Origin: Eledone cirrhosa
Taxonomy: Eukaryota
Assembly: GCA_964016885.1 (NCBI GenBank)
Contig: OZ024756.1
Span: forward strand, 28,210,001-28,274,000
DNA: 64,000 nt
Direction of reading: 5' to 3'
Numbering within the stretch: the first letter of the stretch is position 1; every line of letters starts with the position of its first letter. Below, one piece after another: positions 1 to 11,395 of the stretch. Under the pieces are notes generated by a model that saw only the letters and a list, made by a program, of their open reading frames with translations, was not told the DNA's origin and ran no database searches. Position numbers and translations under genes: made by a program.

Positions 1-2011
1 TAGGTTGTCCACAATTTAAAGTAGTCAACTACATGGACCACAAATTTGTGATCTGTGAAGTTGACTTAGATAGACTCTATAGGCAAGGGCCCGGTTGGTT
101 ACCGGAAGCTGAACGCGTCGTTCCCGGCGCACAAAGATTACAGAGACTGGATTAGCGAATTAGTTAAGCATGCGTTGACGGGTGCTATCGTCAACAACAG
201 GTGGTGGTTTACCCTGAAAAGGGCTATTAGAATAGAATCGATAAGGTTTAGCAAAGGAGTAGTGATAGAGGAAAATAGAGTAGAAGGAGAGCTAGTTAGA
301 AAGCTAGAAGAGGCGTTTAGGACAGGCATCGCAACCGACGTGCTTGCGGCGAGATTGGCACCCGACCAATTCTTCAACGCCAAACATGAAGGCTGCGTTG
401 TCAGAACTAGAGCACGTGCTCTGAGACACGAGGGACGAAAGCCATTCAATGGGCCCGCGTGGTGAAGGCGCGTCGTGGCAAGAAATCCACAATTCGGTCT
501 TTTCCTGATCAAAACGGGCGCATGTTGCTCGAACCCGAGCAGATGTATGTGGCTTTTAAACATCACTTTGCTCAATTGTTCGGGAGTGGCGGCGGGCTTG
601 ATCGGAGTATGGACTTCGGTGCATACCTCAACGGACTGCCGCGGCTCTCGACGACCGCAGCACAGTGCTGCGAAAAGCCGATAACAGCAGGTGAAAAACG
701 GGAAGCGATGTCTGACAGAACGAGGGGTAAATCGCCAGGTTTGGATGGTCTGCCCTACGAGCTTTATGCGTACCAGACTTGTTCGGCGACCTCTTGGCAG
801 AGGTCTACTGCAACTGGCAGTAGAACGGGAGCATTCTCAGGTTTGTGAGCCGGAGAGCGGTGGCGCTTCTGAGAAAAGACCCGAACAAGGGGTCATTATA
901 AATAACTTCAGGCCCATAACTCTGCTAAACGCAGAGTTCAAGATTTTGGCCAAGGGGTTAGCAAAGAGATTGGTGCTTGTCGTCGGTGATCTGGTGGGAG
1001 AGGCGAATACATGCACCATTCCGGACAGATCCATCCATGACAACCTCTATCTCATGCGATACATCATAGAGAGGGGGTTTAAGGAACTTGACACGGGTAG
1101 GGCCCTGATCAACTTGGATCAATCTAAAGCGTTTGATAGGGTCGACCATCGGTACCTGGCTGCGGTCCTCGAGGTGGCCGGCTTCCGGTCCGTTTTTAGG
1201 GGCTGGATCGCTGCGATGCACAGCGACATCTGCTCGATTGTGAGGGTGAATGGTCACCTGTCGCAGCCGTTCAGCATCATCCGCTCGGTCCGCCAGGGTT
1301 GTCTCCTCTTGTCCCTCTTGTACGTATTGGCCCTCGAGCCGTTACTGCACAAATTGGAGACGATGAAGGGCGTCCCTCGCGAACTGGGATGCGGGAGATC
1401 CGTGTCGGCTTACACCGACGACGTCACCGTGGTGGTGTCGAGCACCAAACACGCCCAGATGCTCGGCACCACTCTCAAGGAATACGAAGCGGTGACAGGT
1501 GCAAAGTTAAACCAGGAAAAGTCGGTGGGCCTGCAACTCGGCACCTGGAGAGGCAAGTCCGTACCGTCCGACAGCATTGTGGGCCGCTGGACAGAAGGAC
1601 CGGTTAAGTTGCTCGGGGTCTGGTTCGGTCCGGACCTCCAGATGGAGAAAAACTGGAGCGAGGTGACGAGCAGGGTGGCCTCTCTCACCCAGAAATGGGC
1701 CGAGAGGAGGCTGTCTCTGAAAGGTCGGGTGGAGGTGGCAAATGCATATATCGCATCCGTTATCTGCTACCGCCTGACCGTACGTTGCCCCCGCCCAACT
1801 CTGACCAAAATAGAGCGACTTCTCTTCCGCTTTTTGCGGAAGGGACGTGCTCCCGTGGTCAGACGATCCATCTGATGTCAACACCCGTTGCGTGGAGGAC
1901 TGGGCATGCCGTGGCTGATGGTGCGCAAACATGCGCTTAGGCTGCTTCATCTCTGGTGCTTCCTTGACGGTGAACAGGTGTGGTCGCTGTTTGCCAGACG
2001 CGCTTTTCCCC
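1..2011 (+). mobile_element. Tx1/L1-clade non-LTR retrotransposon ORF2 relic (EN-RT linker and RT), frameshifted, 3' truncated
   Basis: GPGxxKLN-like linker near 87-113, KSPGLDGLP, NFRPITLLNAEFKILAK, LDQSKAFDRVDH, SVRQGC, AYTDDV, LSLKGR and GGLG motifs spread over frames 175-465, 459-848 and 691-1875; GC-rich against an AT-rich background. Confidence 0.92.
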
Positions 2012-2904
2012 CACTCGACGTTATGCAACTCATCCCTCTTCAATATTGAATCATGTTGGTGGTGTGGAAACAAGCAAAGAAAAGAATGTATTATAAAGTG
2101 AAATAACAGGAGGCCAAATATGTTGAATTTCCTTAATTCTTTATTACTGTAAACACTATGCACATTTCAATGGCCAGGTTGCATAAGAACCCGGTGACCT
2201 CATCAGGTGTAAATTGTGTAATAGATGTATACCAACGGAATGAGGGTAAGCTTTAAGGAAGCAAACAGAAAAACAAAGAGTAAAAAGACGGACGTAGTAG
2301 TATATCGCCAGACTTTTCGTCCGGCCCTTCCCCTTTGTAATGTTATTTATACAATTATAAATAAAAGTTTTTCTTATTTAAATTTCCTCTTTGAACAAAA
2401 CTTATTTAAATATGAAATGAATGTTTGTTGAAATGAATGTTGATGGCATTTTGATGCCATATATTACATTATATTTTGTGACTTCAGTAAATATCTGTGT
2501 AAATTATGCTTAAAGTGTGAGAAAAAAGAACTGACAAAGCTTTATTCAATATTCCCTGTTTTAACAATATATCGAGCATTTTCGTTTTTATTTAAATGGA
2601 GAAGGAAATGACTCAAAAAGAGAACAAAGATATGTCTGCATTTGGTTCGTAAACACATGGTCCTGTGTTCGACTACACTGCCTGGTACAAGTGCTTTCTA
2701 CTGAAACATCGAATTGTTCATTCAATAGCTTGTTAGTGGAATTTATTAGACAGAAACTATGCAGAAGACCGTACTATTCCTGTCTCTATTTTTGTACTCC
2801 TGGTGAAAGGCTAAAGCCCGACACGTCGAACTTTCTTTCCCCTTTTCCATATAAAGCGTGAAACTAATAGGACTTTTTGTACCTCTGTTTCTTGTCTCCT
2901 TGAA

Positions 2905-3079
<175 letters not shown>

Positions 3080-3084
3080 AAAAG

Positions 3085-3660
3085 CTCCAGACTAAACAAA
3101 AAACTGAAGGAGTGATTCTCGTAGCACAAGACAAATAACACCATTTTATCGTTTACATTCATGACAACGTTTCGATAAACCAAATTCCAAGTTCTTACGA
3201 ATGTGTCCGAACACGGAAGAGCCGAACTCCCACTGTCATCGCCTCCATCTCTCTCGACCTCCCTATCTCTCATGTACACCAGGTCCGAACACGGAAGAGC
3301 CGAACTCCCACTGTTATTGCCTCCATCTCTCTCGACCTCTCTATCTCTCATGTACACCAGGTCCGAACACAGAAGAGCCGAACTCCCACTGTTATCGCCT
3401 CCATCTCTCTCGACCTCCCTATCTCTCATGTACCCCAAGTCCGAACACGGAAGAGCCGAACTTCCACTGTCATCGCCTCCATCTCTCTCGCCCTCACCAT
3501 CTCTCTGTGTTATGAGCAAATGACCTCAAGCAAATATAAGAACAAACTAATTAAAACGAATCCTAACATCAATTATAGACTGACCAACAAACACAATGAA
3601 ACATTTGACCACATCATCTCGGGCCGCCCTATCTTTGCTAAGTCTGAATATATGAAGCGA
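3085..3660 (+). mobile_element. Degraded R4/Dong-like (RLE-type) non-LTR fragment interrupted by a 78-bp minisatellite
   Basis: KTEGVILVAQDK at ~3100-3135 (cf. ETEGxIxAAQDQ) and ETFDHIISGRPIFAKSEYMKR at ~3598-3660 (cf. CCHC knuckle ETIxHIxSGCxxLAxxEYxxRH). Confidence 0.65.
3205..3490. repeat. 78-bp minisatellite, ~3.7 copies
   Basis: Unit GTCCGAACACGGAAGAGCCGAACTCCCACTGT...CATGTACACCAG recurs at ~3205, 3283, 3361 and 3439. Confidence 0.93.
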
Positions 3661-3798
3661 AGCGAGGTTAGTAATTGTTGTTAGAGGTGAAATAACATGA
3701 CAAAATAAATGGTTTCGTTTAAATATAAAATTTACTTCACTTCAGTGAATAAAGGAACAAAGAATAAGATTACTACAAGTCATAAAGGTTGACGATGT

Positions 3799-5890
3799 TG
3801 TAGCGGTTGTCTCCCTTGTTGTGACTCACAACCCCAATAGATTAACATCTAGACGGGAAGTAGAACCCTTTCTGTAACTTCCGGCAGAGCCCTATAAAAC
3901 GAATAGCCTTCGGCTCTCTCCCTCTCATTTGCCCTTCCGGCGCCTGGCCTTTGCCAGGCGTCTCGCGTTTGCCTGGCAATCAAAACGGTAACTACTAACT
4001 TTGCTTCATTCTTTCGTTTATTCATTGACATGTCAACTATACTGTTAAATTGTTGATTAAATATTATACACACAAACAATGTCTCCTTGTTACATTCATA
4101 CCACCCAGTATCTTCGCTATATTGGTAACCCTGACATGATACGAACACGCAGCCGTTCATCGCTATATTGGTAACCCTGACATGATACGAACACGCAGCC
4201 GTTCATCGCTATATTGGTAACCCTGACATGATACGAACACGCAGCCGTTCATCGCTATATTGGTAACCCTGACGTGATACGAACACGCAGCCGTTCATCG
4301 CTATAAGTGGTCACCCCGAAAAAAGAAAAAAATAGCAGAATCTGGCGTTGTGTGAGTAACATTACGAATACACAGCAAATTTATTGACAAACTATGAAAA
4401 TACTCAATAAAAGAAACGAACACACCACGTACATGTGAAATTTTCGCACAGACATACTTTTTCTCTCACTTATCAACTAACTGTCGCATTTCACGATATA
4501 TATATGTTTCTCGTTTCTTACAACGAACACTTTCAAAACAAAACAAAAAAAGAAAAAGAAATTTGATATTCTTTAAAAAACATTTCAACAGGAACATTTA
4601 TTTTCGATGAACCATTGCCTTTTTTTTTTCATCGTTTTCTTCATCGTTCAAGTTTTTTTTTTTTTTTTTTTTTCAAAAGTTCACACCAATAATTATGCCG
4701 AGTGAAGCCTTTCTTTTTCATCATTGTCACTTTCACACTTGCACTATCATTTTCTCGCGCGTTAGAAATATTATTTTTTCAACCTAACTTATCCTTGTAT
4801 TGGCATGTGTAGGCAGCACAAATTCTCGACTCACAGAGATAGCCGCACGCCAGAGATAACGTTTCTCGCCAAGGATTCTTCAGCCTTAAGCTATATTCTC
4901 CTATTTGCCGGTTTAAAAATTTACCACGTAAATTTGCCGTTGAAAACTGCGCATTTATTCAGAATGCTTATTTCTTTGGTCGCTGGCCTCTTGACCCTTC
5001 CAGGTCAACGCATTCTCAACATCGACCATCAACTTCGGCTGCTATTTCTGGCACTTTGCGCAACTCATTTTTTCCGGAAAATTTTTTTTTTACTGTGAAT
5101 TTAAACACCGAATACGCTCACTCAGCGAGACATCAACAGCAACACAGCTTCACCAACAACCAAAACCAGCAGAACAAGCCAGAGAATTTATTTTTGCAGC
5201 ACTCTTCCTGTGAGAAAATCCATTCGGAGGTTGGAAATTTCACGATATACCACAGAATAGAAACCACCTGCATTCATTCTCTGGAACACACTTTCTTTCC
5301 TGCTGCCATGTGATTGCACACCTGTGAACTATATTTTGTACATTTGAACTTTGAGCCCTTCTCTTACTTTATTACATTGTATCTTTGGGTGATGGATAGA
5401 TAGATGTCCAGTCGTTCTCTGGCCAAGAGCGGTTGGCTACCTTGACATCTATCATTGATTTTTGAAAACATTCTTTTGTCGTAATTTTCATGCCTGTTAC
5501 AACATTCTCGCCAACTTGCAACATATTTCATTCGATTTTTATATTCTAAAATTCTGGCGGGAGGTTATGTAGCGGTTGTCTCCCTTGTTGTGACTCACAA
5601 CCCCAATAGATTAACATCTAGACGGGAAGTAGAACCCTTTCTGTAACTTCCGGCAGAGCCCTATAAAACGAATAGCCTTCGGCTCTCTCCCTCTCATTTG
5701 CCCTTCCGGCGCCTGGCCTTTGCCAGGCGTCTCGCGTTTGCCTGGCAATCAAAACGGTAACTACTAACTTTGCTTCATTCTTTCGTTTATTCATTGACAT
5801 GTCAACTATACTGTTAAATTGTTGATTAAATATTATACACACAAACAATGTCTCCTTGTTACATTCATACCACCCAGTATCTTCGCTATA
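3799..5890 (+). mobile_element. Non-autonomous LTR retrotransposon (Gypsy-like), 2092 bp
   Basis: 323-bp LTRs at 3799-4121 and 5568-5890, identical by eye; termini TGTAGCG...CGCTATA; 4-bp TSD ATGT (3795-3798 and 5891-5894); tRNA-like PBS from 4123; purine tract GGCGGGAGG before the 3' LTR; TATAAAA and ATTAAA inside the LTR; no intact gag/pol. Confidence 0.93.
4122..4320 (+). repeat. Four 46-bp tandem PBS units (tRNA-Trp complement plus LTR 3' end), followed by a fifth short PBS
   Basis: TTGGTAACCCTGAC(A/G)TGATACGAACACGCAGCCGTTCATCGCTATA at 4122, 4168, 4214 and 4260; TGGTCACCCCGA at 4308. Confidence 0.9.
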
Positions 5891-6010
5891 ATGTTTTTGC
5901 TGTTATTTCGTTATGCTGAAATAGAGAGTGGCAAGAGATCGTTCGTTAGTAGTAGCAGCATAGTAGTAGTCAAAGCCCAGTGACAAGAGCAAGTGAGAGT
6001 CTGTAAGACC

Positions 6011-6111
<101 letters not shown>

Positions 6112-6440
6112 AAGGTCTGTAGACTCCAAGGGGTCTGTAGAAAGCATCAGGAGCTGCTCCGAACTGCCATTTGTTTGGTCTAAGACAGGCTATTTATATC
6201 TGTCGCTTCCTCTGTCCCCTGCCCTGAGAACCACAGGGGTGACATCGCTTGCTACTGCTGGACGAAATTTCTATACATATTGTATGAAGCTATGCTTGAA
6301 GCGAAATCTTATTTCTTTTCTATTATAAGTTGAGCCAACTTATGCAGCTTCATATGCAAATGAGATTAATCACCTCATTTACACAGACGAGAAAACTATA
6401 TATTCTCAGCTGTTTTCAAGTCCAGCAAACGATGGAAAGG

Positions 6441-6484
6441 ACCGTCCTGAGGAAGGCCAGTCAAGCCTGAAATGCATAGACAGT
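6441..6484 (+). ncRNA. Minimal type I hammerhead ribozyme motif (Penelope-type)
   Basis: ACCGTC-CTGAGGA-AGGC(cagtcaa)GCCT-GAAA-TGCA-TA-GACAGT: intact core, 4-bp stem II, palindromic stem III and stem I with one mismatch. Confidence 0.75.
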
Positions 6485-6601
6485 TATCCCCTTGCTTCTG
6501 TTGGACACCACCAGAGGGCGTTATCCCCCCCCCCCCCCCCCGGTGCTTGCACAGCTACGGCTTCCTAAAACCGTATTTCTTTAGAAATACGAAATTTCTA
6601 T

Positions 6602-6672
<71 letters not shown>

Positions 6673-6677
6673 TAAAG

Positions 6678-6772
6678 AGTCAGGACCCCGACGGCTGAGC
6701 TCCGGGCGTTTCAACAGCTAGTTCTGACATAGCTGTCGAAACGGCCGGAGCTCAGCCGTCGGGATCCTGACT
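6678..6772. repeat. GC-rich hairpin, ~43-bp arms with 9-nt loop
   Basis: AGTCAGGACCCCGACGGCTGAGCTCCGG...CAGCTA pairs with TAGCTGTCGAAACGGCCGGAGCTCAGCCGTCGGGATCCTGACT with few mismatches. Confidence 0.9.
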
Positions 6773-6879
6773 TTTTTCTTATTACCCACTCTACTACCCT
6801 AAGTATCGAGTTCTCTCGTGCGTTATGGTCCACCTGGTATCTTACCACACTTTTTGTTTATATATATATATTTTTTTAA

Positions 6880-7056
6880 TATTCTTCTTTTTATTTCTAA
6901 ATTTATAGATACATTTTTAAATAGGCAGTTTGTCTGACACCCGTAAATACTGCCCCCCCCCCCCCCACCTACTTTCTGTATCTGGACCTAAATATATGTG
7001 GCAGTGCTTATGTGCGCGCCTTAATGTCCATATGCTTATGATAATAATATATACAC

Positions 7057-7142
<86 letters not shown>

Positions 7143-7829
7143 TCGTGGTTATGTGTATGTTTATGCGTATATGCGCGTGTGTGTGTGAATGTATGTTTAT
7201 GTGTGTATATATGAATGTATATATGTTTATATACGTATATGTATTTTATCTGTAGATTATAAACATACAGAGACATTAGCCCTGAATTTTTGTATTTACA
7301 TACATTTTTTCGACATGCGTATGCATGTGAACATATATTTTTATGCATATCTGTGAACGAAGTTACTTACATATATACACACACCTAACTGTATTTTCTG
7401 GACATATTTCTGTGTATTTCATTGGTCAATTTGAACTCTGTTCCCAAACAGACCTGTAATTTTGAATTGTTGTTATTATCAATAAATATATTTCATTATT
7501 TCTCCCTTTACGATCTGAGTTCAAATCCCGCCGAGGTTGACTTTGCCTTTCATCCTTACGGGGTCGATAAAATAAAGTACCAGTAATGCACTGGGTAATT
7601 GCTGGCCTTGTGCCTAAAGTAGAAACAATTATTTCTGAAGACGGCATATATGTGTTGGTATGTATATTAAATTTGATAGTTTGTATAATTTTGTATAATT
7701 TTGTACATAGATCTGTTGAATATGCATGCCAATTCTAACACATATATGTCCTAGAAACGATCGTTAAATAGTGAACTTTTTTTGTTTAATATAAGGAACT
7801 GTTTCATTGTTTTATTCATTATTTTTTTA

Positions 7830-7835
<6 letters not shown>
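6880..7835 (+). mobile_element. Penelope-like 3' pseudo-LTR fragment with hammerhead motif (7630-7770), interrupted by a SINE
   Basis: Co-linear with 56390-57160, which lies downstream of a GIY-YIG remnant; TATTT-CTGAAGA...GAAA-CGATCG-TT-AAATA core. Confidence 0.75.
7505..7627 (+). mobile_element. 5'-truncated SINE (dominant family) with ATTATTTCT target-site duplication
   Basis: B-box-like GAGTTCAAATCC, central GCCTTTCATCCTTACGGGGTCGATAAAATAAAGTACCAG, tail GGCCTTGTGCCTAAAGTAGAAACAATT; the empty site is visible at ~56955. Confidence 0.85.
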
Positions 7836-7902
<67 letters not shown>

Positions 7903-7922
7903 TGATAGATCGATAGAGAGAG

Positions 7923-7956
<34 letters not shown>

Positions 7957-8054
7957 TGATAGATAGAGGGAGAGGAGAATAGGTAGATAAGGAATGGTGT
8001 AAATATTTACATGGATTGGCAGTATCGGTAGAGGGTCGGACGCCATGCTACCCC

Positions 8055-8925
8055 CTCCTCTCCCTCCTCCTCATCATCATTCTTCTTCTTCCTTTTTTTC
8101 TTCTTCGTCTTCTTCTTCTTCTTCTTCTTCTTCTTCTTCTTCTTCTTTTTCTTCTTCATTTCCTCCTTCTTTTCCTTCTTTTCCTTCTTTTCCTTCTTTT
8201 CCTTCTTTTCCTCCTTTTCCTTCTTCTTCTTCTTCTTCTTTTTCTTCTTCATTTCCTCCTTCTTTTCCTTCTTTTCCTTCTTTTCCTTCTTTTCCTTCTT
8301 TTCCTCCTCCTTTTCCTTCTTCTTCTTCTTCTTCTTCTTCTTTTTCTTCCTCATTTCCTCCTTCTTTTCCTTCTTTTCCTTCTTTTCCTTCTTTTCCTTC
8401 TTTTCCTCCTTTTCCTTCTTCTTCTTCTTCTTCTTCTTCTTCTTTTTCTTCTTCATTTCCTCCTTCTTTTCCTTCTTTTCCTTCTTTTCCTTCTTTTCCT
8501 TCTTTTCCTCCTTTTCCTTCTTCTTCTTCTTCTTCTTCTTCTTTTTCTTCCTCATTTCCTCCTTCTTTTCCTTCTTTTCCTTCTTTTCCTTCTTTTCCTC
8601 CGTTTCCTTCTTCTTCTTCTTCTTCTTCTTTTTCTTCTTCATTTCCTCCTTCTTTTCCTTCTTTTCCTTCTTTTCCTTCTTTTCCTTCTTTTCCTCCTTT
8701 TTCTTCTTCTTCTTCTTCTTCTTCTTCTTCTTCTTCTTCTTCTTTTTCTTCTTCATTTCCTCCTTCTTTTCCTTCTTTTCCTTCTTCTTCTTCTTCTTCT
8801 TTTTCTTCTTCATTTCCTCCTTCTTTTCCTTCTTTTCCTTCTTTTCCTTCTTTTCCTTCTTTTCCTCCTTTTCCTTCTTCTTCTTCTTCTTCTTCTTCTT
8901 CTTCTTCTTCTTCTTCTTCTTCTTC
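8055..8925. repeat. Polypyrimidine tract with higher-order structure built from (TTC)n and (TTTTCCTTC)n
   Basis: About 8 recurrences of a ~90-110-bp super-unit marked by CATTTCCTCC; almost no purines on the + strand. Confidence 0.95.
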
Positions 8926-9165
8926 TACTTATTCCTGAAAGGTTCATGTGTGTCTTTGGGGGAAGGGACAGAGCCGAATCCCCCAACGCCACACCTTCCA
9001 GCGAGCCCTGTCAGAAGCAGCCGTCTCCAATTGATCCGACTGGATCACCCAGGCGAGACCAACCGAGCCCATGAATGTTATCCAACCATCTTGTTCGGGG
9101 TCTACCCGTGGGTGTCCTCTCCGGTTGGTTTTGCCCATAAAAATCTGTCCAGTGATTCTTTCCTT
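8926..9165 (-). mobile_element. RTE-like LINE 3' end; related copy on the + strand at ~18880-19050
   Basis: Minus strand encodes a degraded GKxxRRxxxGRPxxRWxD-type C-terminus followed by a (GAA)n tail. Confidence 0.55.
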
Positions 9166-10095
9166 AGATCTAAATATTGGTTTCTGATTTAGGGACAAGG
9201 ACAACAATTCGATCCTAGCGCATTACTGGAACTTTGTTATCGAGCCCGTAATGATGAAAGGCAAAGCTAACCTCAGCGGGATTTGAACTCAGATCATAAA
9301 GGGACGTAGCTCTATGCCATAAAGCATGTTGCCCGACGCTCCACCGATTCTGCTAATCCACCGCCTTAGATGTAAATATTGACGATAATAATCAGCCCTT
9401 CGTAATATTTGTTTTCTTTCCTTTTTTTTTTGCAGGGGGTGCTTTCTTCACTCATTCTTTCTATATGAGTGAGTAACCCTTTCATTGTTACACGTGACAT
9501 CTATGCCCGTTGGAGGCAGTGACACGTGTATCTGTTGTGTGATACTATTCTTTGAAATTCTGTTTTGTTTTCTTGTTTGTCATATATACAGAGATAGTTA
9601 CTGTTCTCTTGAAACGTACTTAGTAAGTTCACATTACCACTTAGACATAGCTATTGGTAAATTTCTAAAATGAGCTTATGTGATGAGAAAGTATATATGG
9701 ATTTACACACAGGTTATGTTTTACTAGATGTGTTTCTTTTGTTATTTATCGAATTGTAAAGAGAATAAAAAAAATTAATATAATAGCGCAATATATAGGT
9801 GAATGACATCATATTTGTCATAAAATAATATTGAAATGTATTGTTTTATCAAATTTTCCCTTCAACTAACAATATAAAACAATAACTGACATCAATAGAA
9901 TGTATCACAAGGTTTTAGAAACTGTGAAACATACTTATGATATGAAAACTTAAAGTAATATTCTTACAACACTGCTGGCTACAGTTTCATATGGTATTGA
10001 TTGATTTCATAGACACTTGATGTATGCTCCCTTTGTTGCTCGGCAAATATCAACGCAATAATCAAACTCGGAGTGTTTTTGTGGTCACCCTATAC

Positions 10096-11395
10096 CAGGG
10101 GCGTGCAACAGGCGACCAGCGGGCCACAATCCGGCCCACCAGACCAGTCAGAGTGGCCTGAGATAACCGTTTTTAATTTTTACCCTGTAGACTTATTTAG
10201 AATTTTTTCGTAACCGTAATACAATTTTCTGTTAGTTGACCTATAATAAAGGGTTTCACTGATAGGGTTAAGTGTTTTAATTTCCCAGTTGACCTATACT
10301 AAAGGGCTTCACTGATAGGGTTATGTGTGTTATAGTTTCCCAGTTGACCTATACTAAAGGGCTTCACAGATAGGGTTATGTGTGTTATAGTTTCCCAGTT
10401 GACCTATACTAAAGGGCTTCACTGATAGGGTTATGTGTGTTATAGTTTCCCAGTTGACCTATACTAAAGGGCTTCACTGATAGGGTTATATGTGTTATAG
10501 TTTCCCAGTTGACCTATACTAAAGGGCTTCACTGATAGGGTTATGTGTGTTATAGTTTCCCAGTTGACCTATACTAAAGGGCTTCACTGATAGGGTTATG
10601 TGTGTTATAGTTTCCCAGTTGACCTATACTAAAGGGCTTCACAGATAGGGTTATGTGTGTTATAGTTTCCCAGTTGACCTATACTAAAGGGCTTCACTGA
10701 TAGGGTTATGTGTGTTATAGTTTCCCAGTTGACCTATACTAAAGGGCTTCACTGATAGGGTTATATGTGTTATAGTTTCCCAGTTGACCTATACTAAAGG
10801 GCTTCACTGATAGGGTTATGTGTGTTATAATTTCCCAGTTAACCTATACTAAAGGGCTTCACTGATAGCGTTGTGTGATATAGTTTCCCAGTTGACTTAT
10901 ACTAAAGGGTTTCACTGATAGGGTTATGTGTGTTATAGTTTCCCAGTTGACCTATACTAAAGGGCTTCACTGATAGGGTTATGTGTGTTATAGTTTCCCA
11001 GTTGACCTATACTAAAGGGCTTCACTGATAGGGTTATGTGTGCTATAATTTCCCAGTTGACCTATACTAAAGGGTTTCACTGATAGGGTTATGTGTGTTA
11101 TAGTTTCCCAGTTGACCTATACTAAAGGGTTTCACTAATAGGGTTATGTGTGTTATAATTTCCCAGTTGACCTATACTAAAGGGCTTCACTGATAGGGTT
11201 ATGTGTGCTATAATTTCCCAGTTGACCTATACTAAAGGGCTTCACTGATAGGGTTATGTGTGTTATAATTTCCCAGTTCCATGTTATGGTAAGTTGTGGT
11301 GAATCTTTGGAATATTGCTTAATAAATATTAATGGCCCTAATAGTTGTTCCAATGTTCAAACATGGCCCGTCAATAAATATGGTGCACACCCCTG
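10096..11395 (+). mobile_element. hAT (Charlie-like) MITE with internal satellite
   Basis: TIRs CAGGGGCGTGCA...TGCACACCCCTG; perfect 8-bp TSD CCCTATAC (10088-10095 and 11396-11403). Confidence 0.92.
10234..11274. repeat. 55-bp tandem repeat, ~19 copies
   Basis: Unit AGTTGACCTATACTAAAGGGCTTCACTGATAGGGTTATGTGTGTTATAGTTTCCC. Confidence 0.97.

Noticed and set aside
691-1875. 394-aa RT ORF as a functional or domesticated gene
   Set aside because: Frameshifts on both sides, YADD changed to YTDD, and 3' truncation indicate a decayed Tx1 copy.
2797-2830. Hammerhead-like motif (also ~16136-16168, ~36866-36928, ~48219-48253, ~60480-60515)
   Set aside because: Core nucleotides or stems are broken (e.g. 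CTGGTGA/GACA, CAGAAGA); at best decayed remnants.
4122-4305. 46-bp units as a CRISPR array or tRNA gene cluster
   Set aside because: No spacers; only the 3' ~32 nt of a tRNA including the post-transcriptional CCA complement is present, i.e. a PBS rather than a gene.
8007-9074. Lys/Glu-, Leu/Phe- and Ser/Pro-rich ORFs of 268-352 aa
   Set aside because: Stop-free only because the tract is a triplet-based pyrimidine repeat.
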